From assembly GCA_033442325.1 (NCBI GenBank), contig JAWQFM010000009.1, positions 1,049,729-1,113,728 on the forward strand: a stretch of DNA of 64,000 nt, in the 5' to 3' direction. Of this stretch, positions 23,111-35,863 are shown one piece after another; position 1 is the first letter of the stretch; each line of letters begins with the position of its first letter. Position numbers and translations under genes: made by a program. The notes below the pieces were generated by a model, which saw nothing but the letters and a program-made list of their open reading frames with translations, was not told where the DNA came from and searched no databases. Origin of the DNA: Salpingoeca rosetta (lineage: Eukaryota; Protista; Choanoflagellata).

Positions 23111-25364
23111 ACGCACTCACTCACTGTACATTTGCTTGTGTGCGCTTCAGACAATTGAGACGCTGGATGCGACGCTTGAGGAGATGTTGTTTGGGGACGA
23201 CGCGGAGCCATTTGTTGACGCTCTGGTGAGAACACCGACAAACAGATGCACACACGCACGCACACGCACGCACACGCACGCACACACGCACATGCACGAA
23301 CACACATACATCCTCAGTCACTGTGTGTCGCACATACACTCATTACGCCCACACGTGAACCAACCATCGCAACACGGCAACACAACAACACCGTGCAGCC
23401 GCTGCTGCCATCGGCGTGCAGCGATGACGATGTGCCGCAGCTCTTGTCGCGCTGTGCAAACATGGGCGCACGCACGGACGTCCAAATCCTCGCAGACACC
23501 ATTGTCACCACAACCGAATTCATTGACGCGTGCCGCGAGAAGATCGAGGTGCGTGCACATACGCTGTTGTTGAGCTGAATAGCATGCGTGCATGTGCATG
23601 CGTGTGTATGCGTGTGTGTGTGGTTGTGGGTATGCGTTGGTGCGCATGCGCGCGTGTGTGTTTGTGGTTGTGGGTACGCGTTGGTGCGCATGCGCGCGCG
23701 TGTGTGTTTGCGGTTGCGGCACTGTCGCGGCTGAGTGGCAGCTTGTGCTGGAAACGAGGAAGATATGGCACACCTATCAGCACGCACACACATATCCACA
23801 CAAACATTCGCGTTCACGTGTCGTCGGGCATGTGCACGGGTGCAGGCGCTGATGCCGGAGCGGCTGCAGGGAATTGATCTCAAAGCTGCGAAAGACGCGG
23901 TGGAGAGCGCTGCACAGGGAGGCACCAACACCGCCAATGACGATGACGAGGACAACGTGCGCTTACTTGTGTGCTCGTGTGCTCGTGTGCATGTGTGCGT
24001 GTGTGTGTGCGTGTGTGTGCATGTGTGTGCGTGTGTGTGTGTGTGCGTGGGTGCTCTTCTTCTTCTTCATTGTGCTGTCACTTCTCACACCGGTATTGCG
24101 TTGATGCTCGGGTAAACCGCAACAGGGACTGTCCGGGAAATCCAAGCGGTGTGTTGCACCACTGACACACACGCATACACGCACACGCACATATTGGTCG
24201 TAACCTGCGCATTCCGGTGCCTGTCACCTTGACTCTCCATTTACACGCCATTATCCTCCACCTCCGCTCTCTGTGCATGCGTTGTGCTGGTGGTCAGGCG
24301 TGGCCGAAAGAAGAAAAGCGGTGGCGGTGCGAGTGCAAAGGGAAAGAAGGGCAAGTCTGCGGCTCCGTCTACAGATATCCTCAACTTCATGTCCTTGGAC
24401 GAGATGTCCGCCTTCATTACAAAGGCGTTTCCAGACACAGAAGGTGCGTGGTTGTGCCGGCTTTCTTTGTATTTGTTTGTTTGTTTTGTTTGTTTGATTG
24501 TTTGTTTGGTTGGTTTGGTTGGTTTGGTTGGTTGGTTGGTTGGTTGGTTGGTTGGTTGGGTTTTGTTACCGAGCTGTTTCCTCGTGGGCAATTAATTGCA
24601 CATGCAGTGTTGCCATATCGCGCACACGTGAGCGCATTAACATCACATCGTGTTGCCTCCTCCATGTTCAACAACGACCTTCCCCCCCTCCCCCCTTGAC
24701 CTTTCTTGCTGTCACGCAATTGCTGCTTCAGATCACCCTGGGCTTGCGGATGAGATTGCGGCGAAATTGCATGCGCCCCTCAGCTCCAAATTCAAGGTGA
24801 GTAATCAATGCACAGTCGCAACAATCAGAGACATGCGAACACCTCGTGAATGCGTTGGCGTCGCCACCAAACAACTCATGCCACACGCATAGAGATGGCC
24901 GACTTCCAGCCTGTGCCACCCATCCTGATTCGTGCTCACCTCACCACGTGAACACACCACCACGACAGGAGATGGTGGTTGCGCGCATCAAGTCTGGTGC
25001 TTCCGGCACGGGGCGAAAGGAGGCGAGAGCAACACTCGAGCGCACGTTCAGGTGTGTCACCTTCCTGTGTATGTGTGCGAAGTTCTGTGTTCACGCGTGT
25101 GTGTGCATGTGTGTGTGTGCATGTGTATGTGTGTGTGTGCATGTGTATGTGTGTGTGTGTGTTTGTGGAAGCAATCCACCTCACCTGGAGGCATGCGTGT
25201 GCCGTGTCCTTCCAACAGCACCATGTACGACAACATCCAGGCGTTTGCAAAGACATCAGCGTCACTTTCGGAGACGGACGCGTCGCTGTCATCGACGCTC
25301 GACCGCCATCTGCTCCGCTCGCTCTGCCCAGATCTCGTTGCTGTGCTCATCAAGCTCCTGGTAC

Positions 25365-25451
<87 letters not shown>

Positions 25452-27160
25452 ATTCCATGCGCCTGTGTGCGTGTGTGCCTGTGCCTATTTGAACTCGCCC
25501 CACACTCTGTGTGCATGCGTGTGAAACCAAAAGTCCTTGTTGGGGCACTACTCTGCTGGGAGTGCTCACCACCTGTTCTCTCCTGTTTGCTCGTCATGTT
25601 CTTTCTGTGCAGGCACTGGAGAATCTGATCCAATTTGATGTGGACAAGCCCCTCTCGAGCGACGAGCGGAAAGAGGTGTGCTCTCGTCCACACACGTGGT
25701 GATGGTGGTCGATGTGGTGGTGGTGGTGATGGTGGTGGTGGTGGTGGTGGTGGTGGTGGTGGTGGTCGATGTGATGGTCGAAATGCAGCACATGCGACAC
25801 TGTTGTACCTTCAGCTTCCCTCACCACGCTCGTCCTCATTGTGTTCTCATCGTCGTATCCTGGTTGGCTGTTGTAGATCCTCAACGAGAGCGCGCCCGCA
25901 GACAAGAAGACGTTCAATGAGCTCTTGCAGATGTGCAATGGCAAGGTGCGACTCATGTGCACACACGAACACACACATAAACACACACACACACACAAGC
26001 GCGTACGCTTTGACAGCAACAACACAGCACACGCTCGCCTTCCTCATCGCAACGCACACTGATGTTTGTGTGTTTCGTGCACGCGTGCCGTTTTCCACTG
26101 CACGATGTGTTGTTCGCAGGACCTCGCTGCGTTTCAAACGGCAATGGAGAAGGTGGCGGAAGACAGGCTGCAGCTCTTCATTCGCCCCTTTGACAAGAAG
26201 ACAGAGAAGTACGCACATACGCACATGCCCACACGCGCACGCACACGCACACGCACACACGCACACACCACAAGGAGTTCGCCGCGTGCTTCGTGTTGTG
26301 TGCTTTGTCGCTGATCTGCATTCGCTTATTCCCGTCCGTATCTGCCCTGCCCCATCCCGCTCGCACCTTTCTTTGGTCTGGATAATGTTCTTGAGCACCC
26401 ATTGCATAATCGCCTCATATCTGTATCGATTTCTTCTTTGTCCTTTGCCATATCGTGGAATGTTTGTGCTCGCACCTGTGGTTACCTGCAGGCAAGTGCT
26501 TGCGAACCACCGCGCCGGGCTGGCGCAAATGGTCGATGCACTCCCGAACACGGCGAACCTTGGCGAAGCCCTTCTTGCCGTCATTACCCTGGTGCGGCAC
26601 TGGGTGGTTCAGGCGAGAGATGCTCGTGGCTGTTGTTATTGGTGTTGTTGGCCGTTGGTGTTGTTGTGGCGGTTGTCATTGGTGCGTTGTGCTTGGTGCG
26701 TTGTGCTTGGTGTTTTGTGCTGCTGCTACTGCGCGAACCTGCTGACTGCACAAGGCACCATCACACTCCGCGTCGCTGACTTTCTCCGGCACTTGTGTTT
26801 CATGCACGATAGCTGTTTGCACAGCAGCGCAACGAATGCCTGCATGCACACGGGCGCAGCATTCCGCAGCTGTTGGATGTGCTGAAGGACGATGTTGACG
26901 AAGACACGTTCGCCACCCTCAAGCAGGCGCAGGACGAGGTGTGTGTGTGTGTGTGTGGTTGCGCGTCTGGGATATGCATGAGCTCATGTGTGTGTGCGTG
27001 TGTTTGAGCATGGCTTGACGTTCTATTGTGCTGCATGAACAAACAACGTCTCGTCTCTCCTTTTCAGGTGTATGCACAGCTGACGAAAGGGGAGGACGAG
27101 GAACCTGTTGAGTTGACAGTCACCGTTGCTGACTTGAAGCGGCTCGTGGCCAAGAAATGA
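20189..27160 (+). CDS. UFL1: E3 UFM1-protein ligase 1, many exons, interrupted by two gaps
   Basis: M|[17 protein letters not shown]...[68 protein letters not shown] matches the conserved UFL1 N-terminus. Later exons: FFASNGYL, Lys-rich [40 protein letters not shown]; stop TGA at 27160. Confidence 0.92.
25365..25452. repeat. (GAT)n microsatellite in a UFL1 intron
   Basis: Tandem GAT units just after the GTACGA donor. Confidence 0.95.
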
Positions 27161-27201
27161 TGGGCGTGTTTTCATGCTTCCTTACTGCTCCTGCTGATCT
27201 T

Positions 27202-27275
<74 letters not shown>

Positions 27276-27503
27276 GTTCCGAATACACAACCTGGAATCC
27301 ATGTCGATGCAGAGAGAAGTTTTACTTGTTTGTCAAATCATTGTAACCCAACGGAGTCCAATCACACCATGAGCAGCGACACCTGCTGCCTACGTTCCAA
27401 ATACACACACTCTCTCTGTCTCTCTTTCTTTCTGTCTCTGTCTCTATTACCTCACCACCGCATCACGACCACAGCATGTTCGGGGGGGGGAGGGGTCAAA
27501 GGG

Positions 27504-28941
27504 TTAGAGGTAGCACACGCCCGGGTGACGCGGGAAGGGAATGACGTCTCGCACGTTCTTCAATCCCGTCACCGCCAGCAGCAGCCGCTCAAACCCGAGC
27601 CCGAACCCTGATGAGACGTGGTTGTGAGTGGTGAATGTGTGTGTGTGTGAATGAGTGTGTGAGTGAGTGTGAGTATGTGTGTGTGAATGAGTGTGAGTGA
27701 GTGTGTGTGTGTGTGTTTGTGAGTGAGTGTGAATAGCGAGCACAGTTAACGTTCGAAGAAGGCAGCACTTGCTGCACAAGAAGGGTATGCGTTCAGTACC
27801 GCATTGTGTTGAGATGAAGATGACAACACAGACACAGACGAGCACAGTCACACACACATACAAGTACACACACACACATATACACACACACACACCTGCG
27901 TGGGGCACAGATCCAAACCGTCTCAAGTCCAAATACCACTCGAGATCAGCGGCGGCAGCAGCGCCAAGCTCTAATCAACAGCAGGGATGGGACCATGCAA
28001 GCAAGCATGTGTGAACTTAAGGACAAAACTCACTCAGGCAACTTCACACACGCACACAGAGCCACAGCAAGTGTGGGTGTCATTCTCCTCAGCTTTCTCT
28101 TCCTCCCATGGCTTGCATGCATACGTTCAGTAATGTTGGCGTGGAGGTGATCAAGCCTGTGCTCACGTGCAGACCCGCCCGTCAACTCGCCAATGCCAGG
28201 GACGATGAGGTCAGCAGCAGCAACAGTCGCGCCTGAGGGTCAGGCATGGCCAGGGGATAGATGGTGGGTGAATTCGTTGGTTGGTTGAAGCACGTGGTAG
28301 CGCAAGCCACATCAAGCAAACGCAGCACACGCGAGAGCTCCCTGGACCATGCAAGCAAAGACGCGCAAGTATTTGTCGGTGCATGAACAAGCACCCACTT
28401 TGGGAGACTTGTTTCACACGCATGCCTTCCCCTCACTGTGTACACTTCCCTATCTTCACCACCTTGGCTTGGCGGGCTGTCGTCCTGCAGCATGTAGAAT
28501 GGTTTGATCGCCTTTGGGTAGTTGGTGATGAACACGGGGCCCTCACACATGTTTGCAATGAACTGCTCGTGTTCATATGCGAGATCACGGCCCCAACACG
28601 GCGCTAACGTGAATGCCGTCTTGGCGTGGTGCTCCTCCAATGCCTTGACGGCCTCTGTGTACGTGATGCGCTCATACGAGCTGTAAGCGCACAATGACGT
28701 TGAGACCCACATCGAAGCGTGAGCAACAGCAGGTGCGCTGGAGTTAACAGAAGTGCAGTGAAAGATGTAGACACACACACACACACAGATCAACAGGCAG
28801 GCAGATAGATAGGTCGACAGACAGGCAGACGGGTACTCGCCCACATGTCCACACACACAACAAACACACAACAAACACACACACACACATAAAACAACAC
28901 ACACACACACAACACAACACAACACACACACACACACACAC

Positions 28942-28976
<35 letters not shown>

Positions 28977-29426
28977 CACAACACATACACACACGCATGC
29001 AACCCACCCCTTGGCGAGCGCTTGGACGCGTTCGCGGGTGGCGGGCTCCTTGGACCAGAGCATGTCGAGGTCGTCACCCGCGGCATGCATGAGTTGCGCG
29101 GCGGCAGCGGATATGAAGTCGTCCTGAAGGTCGAGGCAGTCGTCAAGGGATGCAAACGCCATCTCAGCTTCCAGCATGTAGAACTCAGCCAGGTGCCGCG
29201 GCGTGTGGGAATTCTCGGCCCTGAACGTGGGACCTAGGTGGTGATTAATGATTGGTGATTGGTGACGTGATAGTTGTGTGTGCATGCGAGCATGGATAGA
29301 AGCGGTGAGACGTCCTAACCATGCATGCGCCACCCGCAGATACACAGACGTAGACGCAGGCAGAGAAACGGAGAGATATCTATCCACACCTCCAAACACG
29401 CAGATACACAGACACACACACGCACG

Positions 29427-29458
<32 letters not shown>

Positions 29459-30320
29459 CACAAACACACAGACAGACACACACACACACACACAAACACG
29501 CGCGCGCGAGCACAGACCCGAAATGCTCACCGAATGTGTACACGCGCGGGTATGCGCCACATGCTATGGCCTCTGCATGGAGCTGCCCAGAGACGGTCAA
29601 GTGGAACGGCCTGCTGAATAGCCCAGCAGTCGTCACGGCAGCAGCATCATCTGCCTCGCTCCCGTTGCCGCTGTTGCCGCTGTTGCGGTTGCTTCTGAGG
29701 CGACCACCAGTGCCAGTGCTGTCGCTGGTACCGTCTGAGGGCTGGCTTGACTCACTGTGGCGGTGGTGGTGATGCGGTGCGGTCACGGAAAAGACGTCGC
29801 CTCCGCCCTCGCAGTCGTTGCTGGTCAAGATGGGCGTGTGCACGCTGGCAAAGTCCCACTCCGCAAAGATCCTGTGTGTGAGTTGGGTCAGGCAGGACCG
29901 CACACGCAGCGCGGCTGCCAGCGTACTTGTGCGCATGCGCATGTGCGGGATGGTGCGCAGGAACTCTGCGCTTGCGTCTCTGCCTTGCACTGGGTAAGAG
30001 GCAGTGTCGCAGTCGCCAATCACGCTGACGTTCGCCGCTTGCAGCTCCAGTGCCTGGCCTTTCCCGGGGCTCTCTGCCAGCGTCCCCGACACCTCCACTG
30101 CACTGCCCACGTTGAGGTGCTCGGCTGTCTCTGGACTGAGGACGACCTGCAACGGTCTGGCTGTCGTGCCGTCTGTCAAGGCCGCGAAGGCCACGCGCTT
30201 CTGTCTGCGCAGGGACTTGAGCCAGCCACGCGCAACCACGGTATTGTTGTGGCCCGGCTCTGTCGTCTGCAACAGGCGGCGGATCGTGGCCGCCCCTGTT
30301 CTCCACCACCTCGCACTCAT
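27504..30320 (-). CDS. NARS2: Asparaginyl-tRNA synthetase, probably mitochondrial, 6 exons
   Basis: Arg-rich presequence [17 protein letters not shown]; OB fold ([20 protein letters not shown]); [17 protein letters not shown]; [10 protein letters not shown]; [25 protein letters not shown]; [11 protein letters not shown]; [12 protein letters not shown]; [22 protein letters not shown]...[10 protein letters not shown]. Confidence 0.93.
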
Positions 30321-30332
30321 CGTTCTGCTCTC

Positions 30333-30368
<36 letters not shown>

Positions 30369-30424
30369 GGGGGAAGAGGTTCGTGCTCCTCGTTCCCGCT
30401 TCAGCTGTGTCAGTGTGTGTGTGT

Positions 30425-30455
<31 letters not shown>

Positions 30456-30603
30456 CAGTGGCCAAGTCGTAGCACAACCACGTGTCCTTCCTTCCTCTTC
30501 CTCTTCCTGCTTGTCAACAACAGCGCGCAATTAATTTCGTCAGCAGCGGTTACAAAACACCTGTGCTCAGTCCACACAACACAAACAACAACGCACAGCC
30601 AAG

Positions 30604-31723
30604 ATGAGTGACGACGCGAAGCAGCAGCAACCAGCGCAGGACGAGGCACCCCAGCAAGCAGAGCAGCAGCAGCAGCATCAACAACAACAACAAGGGGATG
30701 ATCGGGTGCCGCGGGTTGTGAGGGAAATCGTGCAGCTGCCACCGGATCCAAACGATAACGACGGTGATGATGACGGTGATGAGAATGCGACGCCCTTCGA
30801 CTCCTTTGGAGACGATGAAGAAGACATTGACATCACACACGCTCGCATCACCGACATGGCGCCGTTGGCACGGTTTCACAAACTCAAGGTGAGCGAGTGT
30901 TGTGTGTACGTGTGTGCTTGTATGTGCGGGTGTGTGTTTTGTTATTGTATGCGTGTGTGTGTGTGCGTGTGTGTGTGTGTGTGTGTTGTGTTATTGTATG
31001 CGTGTGTGTATGTTTGTATGTGTGTGTGTGTTGTGTTGTGTGTGTCGCTCAGCCGTCGCGTTCGGTCCTTTCCCATTGGCTCCGCCAACACGATGACATG
31101 GCGTGAGTTCACAATTGTTGTCCGCGGTTATCATGCGTGGCAGACGCTGTGCCTGAGGCAGAACCACATCACAGAGATCTCTGGCTTGGAGAACTGCACA
31201 CAACTGGAAGAGTTGGAGTTGCGCGACAACCTGCTGGAGAAGATTGAGAACGTCAACCACCTCACAGAACTCAAGTAAGTCACGTTTATATGTGTGTGAA
31301 AGTGTACGTGTGTGTGTACGCGTGTGGTTTATGCGCTCTTGTGTTTGTCTGTGCGCGCTTGTGTGGTCTCTCACGCTGCTGCTGCTGCGTCGTTGCTGTG
31401 CTTTAAATATCACTCCACTTGCGACTCCCTTCTTCACACCATTCATGCGCTCATGCATGCACACACACACACACATGCGATGGATGACGCCAGGGCACTT
31501 GACGTGTCGTACAATGGGATCCGCAAGATCAAGCACATCAGCCAGCTCGTGAAGCTGGAGAAGCTGTTCCTTGCCAACAACAAGATCAAGGCCATTGAGC
31601 ACCTCAACCACCTCGCCAACCTCACCATGCTCGAGCTCGGCGCCAACCGCATCAGGGTGTGTACGTGTGTGCATGTGTGTGTGTGTGCATGTGTGTGTGT
31701 GTGCATGTGTGTGTGTGTGTGTG

Positions 31724-31794
<71 letters not shown>

Positions 31795-32557
31795 CTGAGT
31801 GTATGTGATTCGCTGTTGCAAACTCATTTCCCGAATTGACGCACGGTCTCCTTCCCATCACGCGCGCACACACACATGCATATTTCAGGAGATTGAGGGT
31901 CTGGATGCACTTGTGAACCTTCGCCAGCTGTTTCTGGGCAAGAACAAGATCACCCACATCTCTGGCCTCGACAACCTCATGAACCTCCGCGTGCTCAGCC
32001 TACAGGTGCGGCATGTGAATGGTGCATGCAAGTTGTGTGTGCATGCGTTGAGTGTGGTTTGGCCTATTTGGCTCCCTGGGCGCTGCTTCTGTTCGTACAC
32101 CACTCTACATACTCACAGCCTCACCACCACCACCACCATCACCACCACCACCACCACCACCATCATCATCATCGTGCGTAGAGTAACCGCATTGAGAAGA
32201 TTGAAGGGCTGGAGAACTTGAAGCACCTTGAAGAGTTGTATCTCTCACACAACGGCATCACCGTCATCGAGGGCCTCGACCACCAGGTGTGCATGTATGT
32301 GTGTGTGTGTGTGTGTTTATGTTTGTGTGCGGGTTATGTTTGTGTGTGCGTGTGCGTGTGTGTATGTGTGTGTGTGCATGTGTGCGTGTGTGTGAATGTG
32401 TATGTGTGTGTGTGCGTACATTTTCGGCGTGATATGGTGTGTTGCTGTGTGGTTTTGCAACTTGCCCTCTCTGCCCAACTTAAACTCCCTTTTCTCAAAT
32501 ACCATTCCAATGTGCAATCACCACACCTGTGCTCCGCGTCCTCCTGTTCACCCCCCA

Positions 32558-32643
<86 letters not shown>

Positions 32644-33063
32644 GTGCGTGCATGCGTGCGTTCCTTGACCCATCCCAGCTTGAGCTGAGCGTGCTTGATG
32701 TGTCGGCCAACCGCATCGAGCACCTGAGCGGCGTCTCCCACCTCACCGCCCTCGACGAGTTCTGGGTCCGTCTGCACACCTCTGGTCTTGGTAGCAGTGG
32801 TGGTCAGGGCCGTGATTGGTGGTCGTGATTGGTCGTGATTGGTCGTGCTGTAGCAGCTGCTCATGCATTTGCCGCCACATGTTAGATGAACCTCACGCGC
32901 ACACACACATACACGCACACACACGCACACACACACGTACACACACACTCACACTCACTCACTCACACACTCACTCACACACACACACACACTCTCACAC
33001 TCTCTCACACACACACACTCACACATTCGCTCACTCACTCACTCGCTTACACACACTCACTTA

Positions 33064-33119
<56 letters not shown>

Positions 33120-33305
33120 TGGCTGCAGTGCAACACGAACAAGCTGTCATCGTGGCCCGAGCTTGAGCAGCTGAAGCCCTGTGCACACATCACGTGCGTG
33201 TACTTTGAGGGCAACCCGCTCTCCGAGGACACCATGTATCGGAAGAAGCTCAAACTCACGCTCCCCTCCCTCAAGCAGATTGACGCCACCCTGTGCGGCA
33301 AATGA
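30604..33305 (+). CDS. PPP1R7: Protein phosphatase 1 regulatory subunit 7 (Sds22), LRR protein
   Basis: SDS22-type LRRs across exons (LCLRQNHITEISGLE, LELRDNLLEKIEN, LDVSYNGIRKIK, LFLANNKI, LELGANRIREIEGL, LFLGKNKITHI, LYLSHNGI, LDVSANRI) and LRR cap YFEGNPL...YRKKLKLTLPSLKQIDAT. Confidence 0.92.
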
Positions 33306-33760
33306 GCAGTGGCTGTCACCCGTGGTTGTTGTTGTTGTTGGATGTAACATGGTGGTAAGTGTGGTGGTTAGATGTGTGGAAGCGGACATGCTGTTGATTT
33401 GGCGATGGCAATGGTGGCGGGTGATGCCGCGCCGTGTTGTCTGTTGTTGTTTGGAATTGTCTGTCGGCCGAGTGGTTCGTCGGTGGTTGTTGTTGTTGGC
33501 TGTTGTTGTTGCACGCGAAATGTGGAACGAAAAAGGCACATGAATACATGTTCGTGTCAATCCATTGGATGCGAACGAGGTGTTGCGAAGGAAACGTTTA
33601 TTCGTTCATGAAATGGGGCACAGTAGTTGTTCAATACTGGCAAAACAGGCGCATCACGCAGGGAGCAATCAAGTCAAAGGCCACATAGTCATCATCAGCA
33701 TCAACATCAACCACTATGCATGCGAGCACACCTCCACCTGACATGGCGGCGTTTCTTATT

Positions 33761-33800
<40 letters not shown>

Positions 33801-33825
33801 ACGCACACACACACACATACACACA

Positions 33826-33867
<42 letters not shown>

Positions 33868-34059
33868 GTCTCTCTATCTATGCCGGCGTGTCTGCACGTA
33901 AAAGCAGTGTGCGACAGACAGCCGACGTCGCTCAACCTCAATGCTTCACCCACCACCGCGCTTCCGCCCACGACCTAAAAATTCCAAAGATGACACACTC
34001 AACAACACAGTCACAACAAGCCAACATCGGAAGGCCACCCCACGTGCACTCACACTCAC

Positions 34060-34090
<31 letters not shown>

Positions 34091-34156
34091 TACATACACA
34101 CATACATACACACATACATACACTCACTCACACACACACACACACACAGACACACA

Positions 34157-35014
34157 TCACATGGCAACACCGAGTTTGAGGTAGACGATGAGCCTGTAGA
34201 ACCAGGTCTGCTCGTTGAGCCGCCCAAACGCCGTCACGTGCGAGAATGTCTTTGCCGGGCGCAGAAACACGCTCGCATAGTCCTTCATGAACATGAGGAA
34301 GCGGCTGTCCATCACAAACATGTGGCGGCACTCCCTCTCCTCCTTTGAGATGTAATCGAGCGCGGGCTGGTCCGCCGGGAAGCGGCCGCTGAAGATGGCC
34401 TCGCACCACTTGTGCAGACACGGCTCGGAGACGTTGCGCACGGCTTGCATCACGCCACCGTGCCAGTAGTCGCACTCCGCGCACGTGCCGAAGAAATGGC
34501 CGCGGCTGTCGCGGAAGAAGCCCAGATTGCTGCTCGGGTGCTCCGTCTTGTGGTTGCTGAGGTACTTGAAGAAGGGCATGAGAGGTCGCGACACGACAAT
34601 GTCCGCGTCCATGTACAGCACGTTGTGCACGTGCGCAGGCAGCACGTCAAACATCTGGCACTTGAACGAGTGGATGGCCAGCTTGGAGGCGACGGCGTCG
34701 ACGCCAATGACGTTCACGCTGTACTTGTCCCTGAGCGACGGCCAACCGTCCTGCCGGTCTGTGATCACGTACACCTCGCCTTCCCACCCGCCCGTGGTTC
34801 TCAGCGACGACACGGCGTTGTGAAGGATGGTGGTGTTTGTCCACGTGCCCATGCAGATGAAGACAAAGGCGTCGACGGCCTCGGAGCTGGTCACGGAGAA
34901 ATCCGCCGCCGTCAGCGACAGGCCGATGGGCGTCCACACATAAATCACGTACGCGGAGAACACAATCAGGAACACAATCGCCGCCGCAAGGCCTCCGCGG
35001 TACCGGTCGCCCAT
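34157..35014 (-). CDS. Intronless type II membrane glycosyltransferase (GT-A fold, GT8-like motifs)
   Basis: 285 aa single ORF with N-terminal TM helix (LAAAIVFLIVFSAYVIYVW), VYVITD, KCQMFDVLP, DxD motif VLYMDADIVV, WHGGVM, DQPAL and a C-terminal His (FSHVT); strong GC3 codon bias. Confidence 0.75.
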   Translation of the reverse strand: MGDRYRGGLAAAIVFLIVFSAYVIYVWTPIGLSLTAADFSVTSSEAVDAFVFICMGTWTNTTILHNAVSSLRTTGGWEGEVYVITDRQDGWPSLRDKYSVNVIGVDAVASKLAIHSFKCQMFDVLPAHVHNVLYMDADIVVSRPLMPFFKYLSNHKTEHPSSNLGFFRDSRGHFFGTCAECDYWHGGVMQAVRNVSEPCLHKWCEAIFSGRFPADQPALDYISKEERECRHMFVMDSRFLMFMKDYASVFLRPAKTFSHVTAFGRLNEQTWFYRLIVYLKLGVAM

Positions 35015-35057
35015 GGACGTCGTTGTGTGCTGCGGAAGCGTGGCGTGTGCGTGTCAT

Positions 35058-35096
<39 letters not shown>

Positions 35097-35285
35097 CATC
35101 GTGTGTGTGATGATGTGCGTTTGATGTGTGGATTTGTGCATGCGCGTGCATTTGCGTAGACGTGTGTTGTGCGTACGTGCGTGCGTGAGTGAGCTGCGAC
35201 AATTTGCCAACAATGAACAGAGAAGCCCGCAGGATGCTTTCATGCATACGCTTGAGCCGCAGTGGCCGTAACAAACAAAGAGCGA

Positions 35286-35347
35286 CAGGGAAGCAGGGAA
35301 GCAGGGAAGCAGGGAAGCAGGGAAGCAGGGAAGCAGGGAAGCAGGGA
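35286..35347. repeat. 8-bp tandem repeat (CAGGGAAG)x~8 between divergent genes
   Basis: Seen directly between the glycosyltransferase and CHORD gene starts. Confidence 0.92.
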
Positions 35348-35863
35348 CGCAGAAACCCCAACAAAACAACACGCACGCACCTTTTGTTGCACTGGAGGCA
35401 CTTCGATATTCACAGCACCTCCTTTTGGTGATGCTGGCTTCATTGTTCCTCCTCTTCAGGTTCCAATGCACACGATCCAGCTGGTGGAGGAGGGATGGGC
35501 GTGGAGGAGGTGGTGGTTGTCACGTCACCAAAGCTTCTGGTGTTGGCTGTGTCGCTCTCGCGCTTGCTTTTTGTGCGTGAAGTTTGTTTTTAAGGCTCGA
35601 CAATTGGAACAAGACATCCACAAATCGTCGACAGCACACTTGTTTTCATGCTGGACGCGTTTACCACACAGCTGACTGACTCGACGGTTGCCGACGACGA
35701 CTCGAGTGAAGTGAGCGCGAGGCTGCATGGATGGATGGTGCGGGGGATGCATGGGTGGTGTGGTTGATCAAGGGACCGACTGCCTGCCACACAACACACG
35801 TGTTCATACTCACGAATGCCCCTTCTTGCTCTCTACCTCTCATGTAATTTGTTTGTTGCAGAC

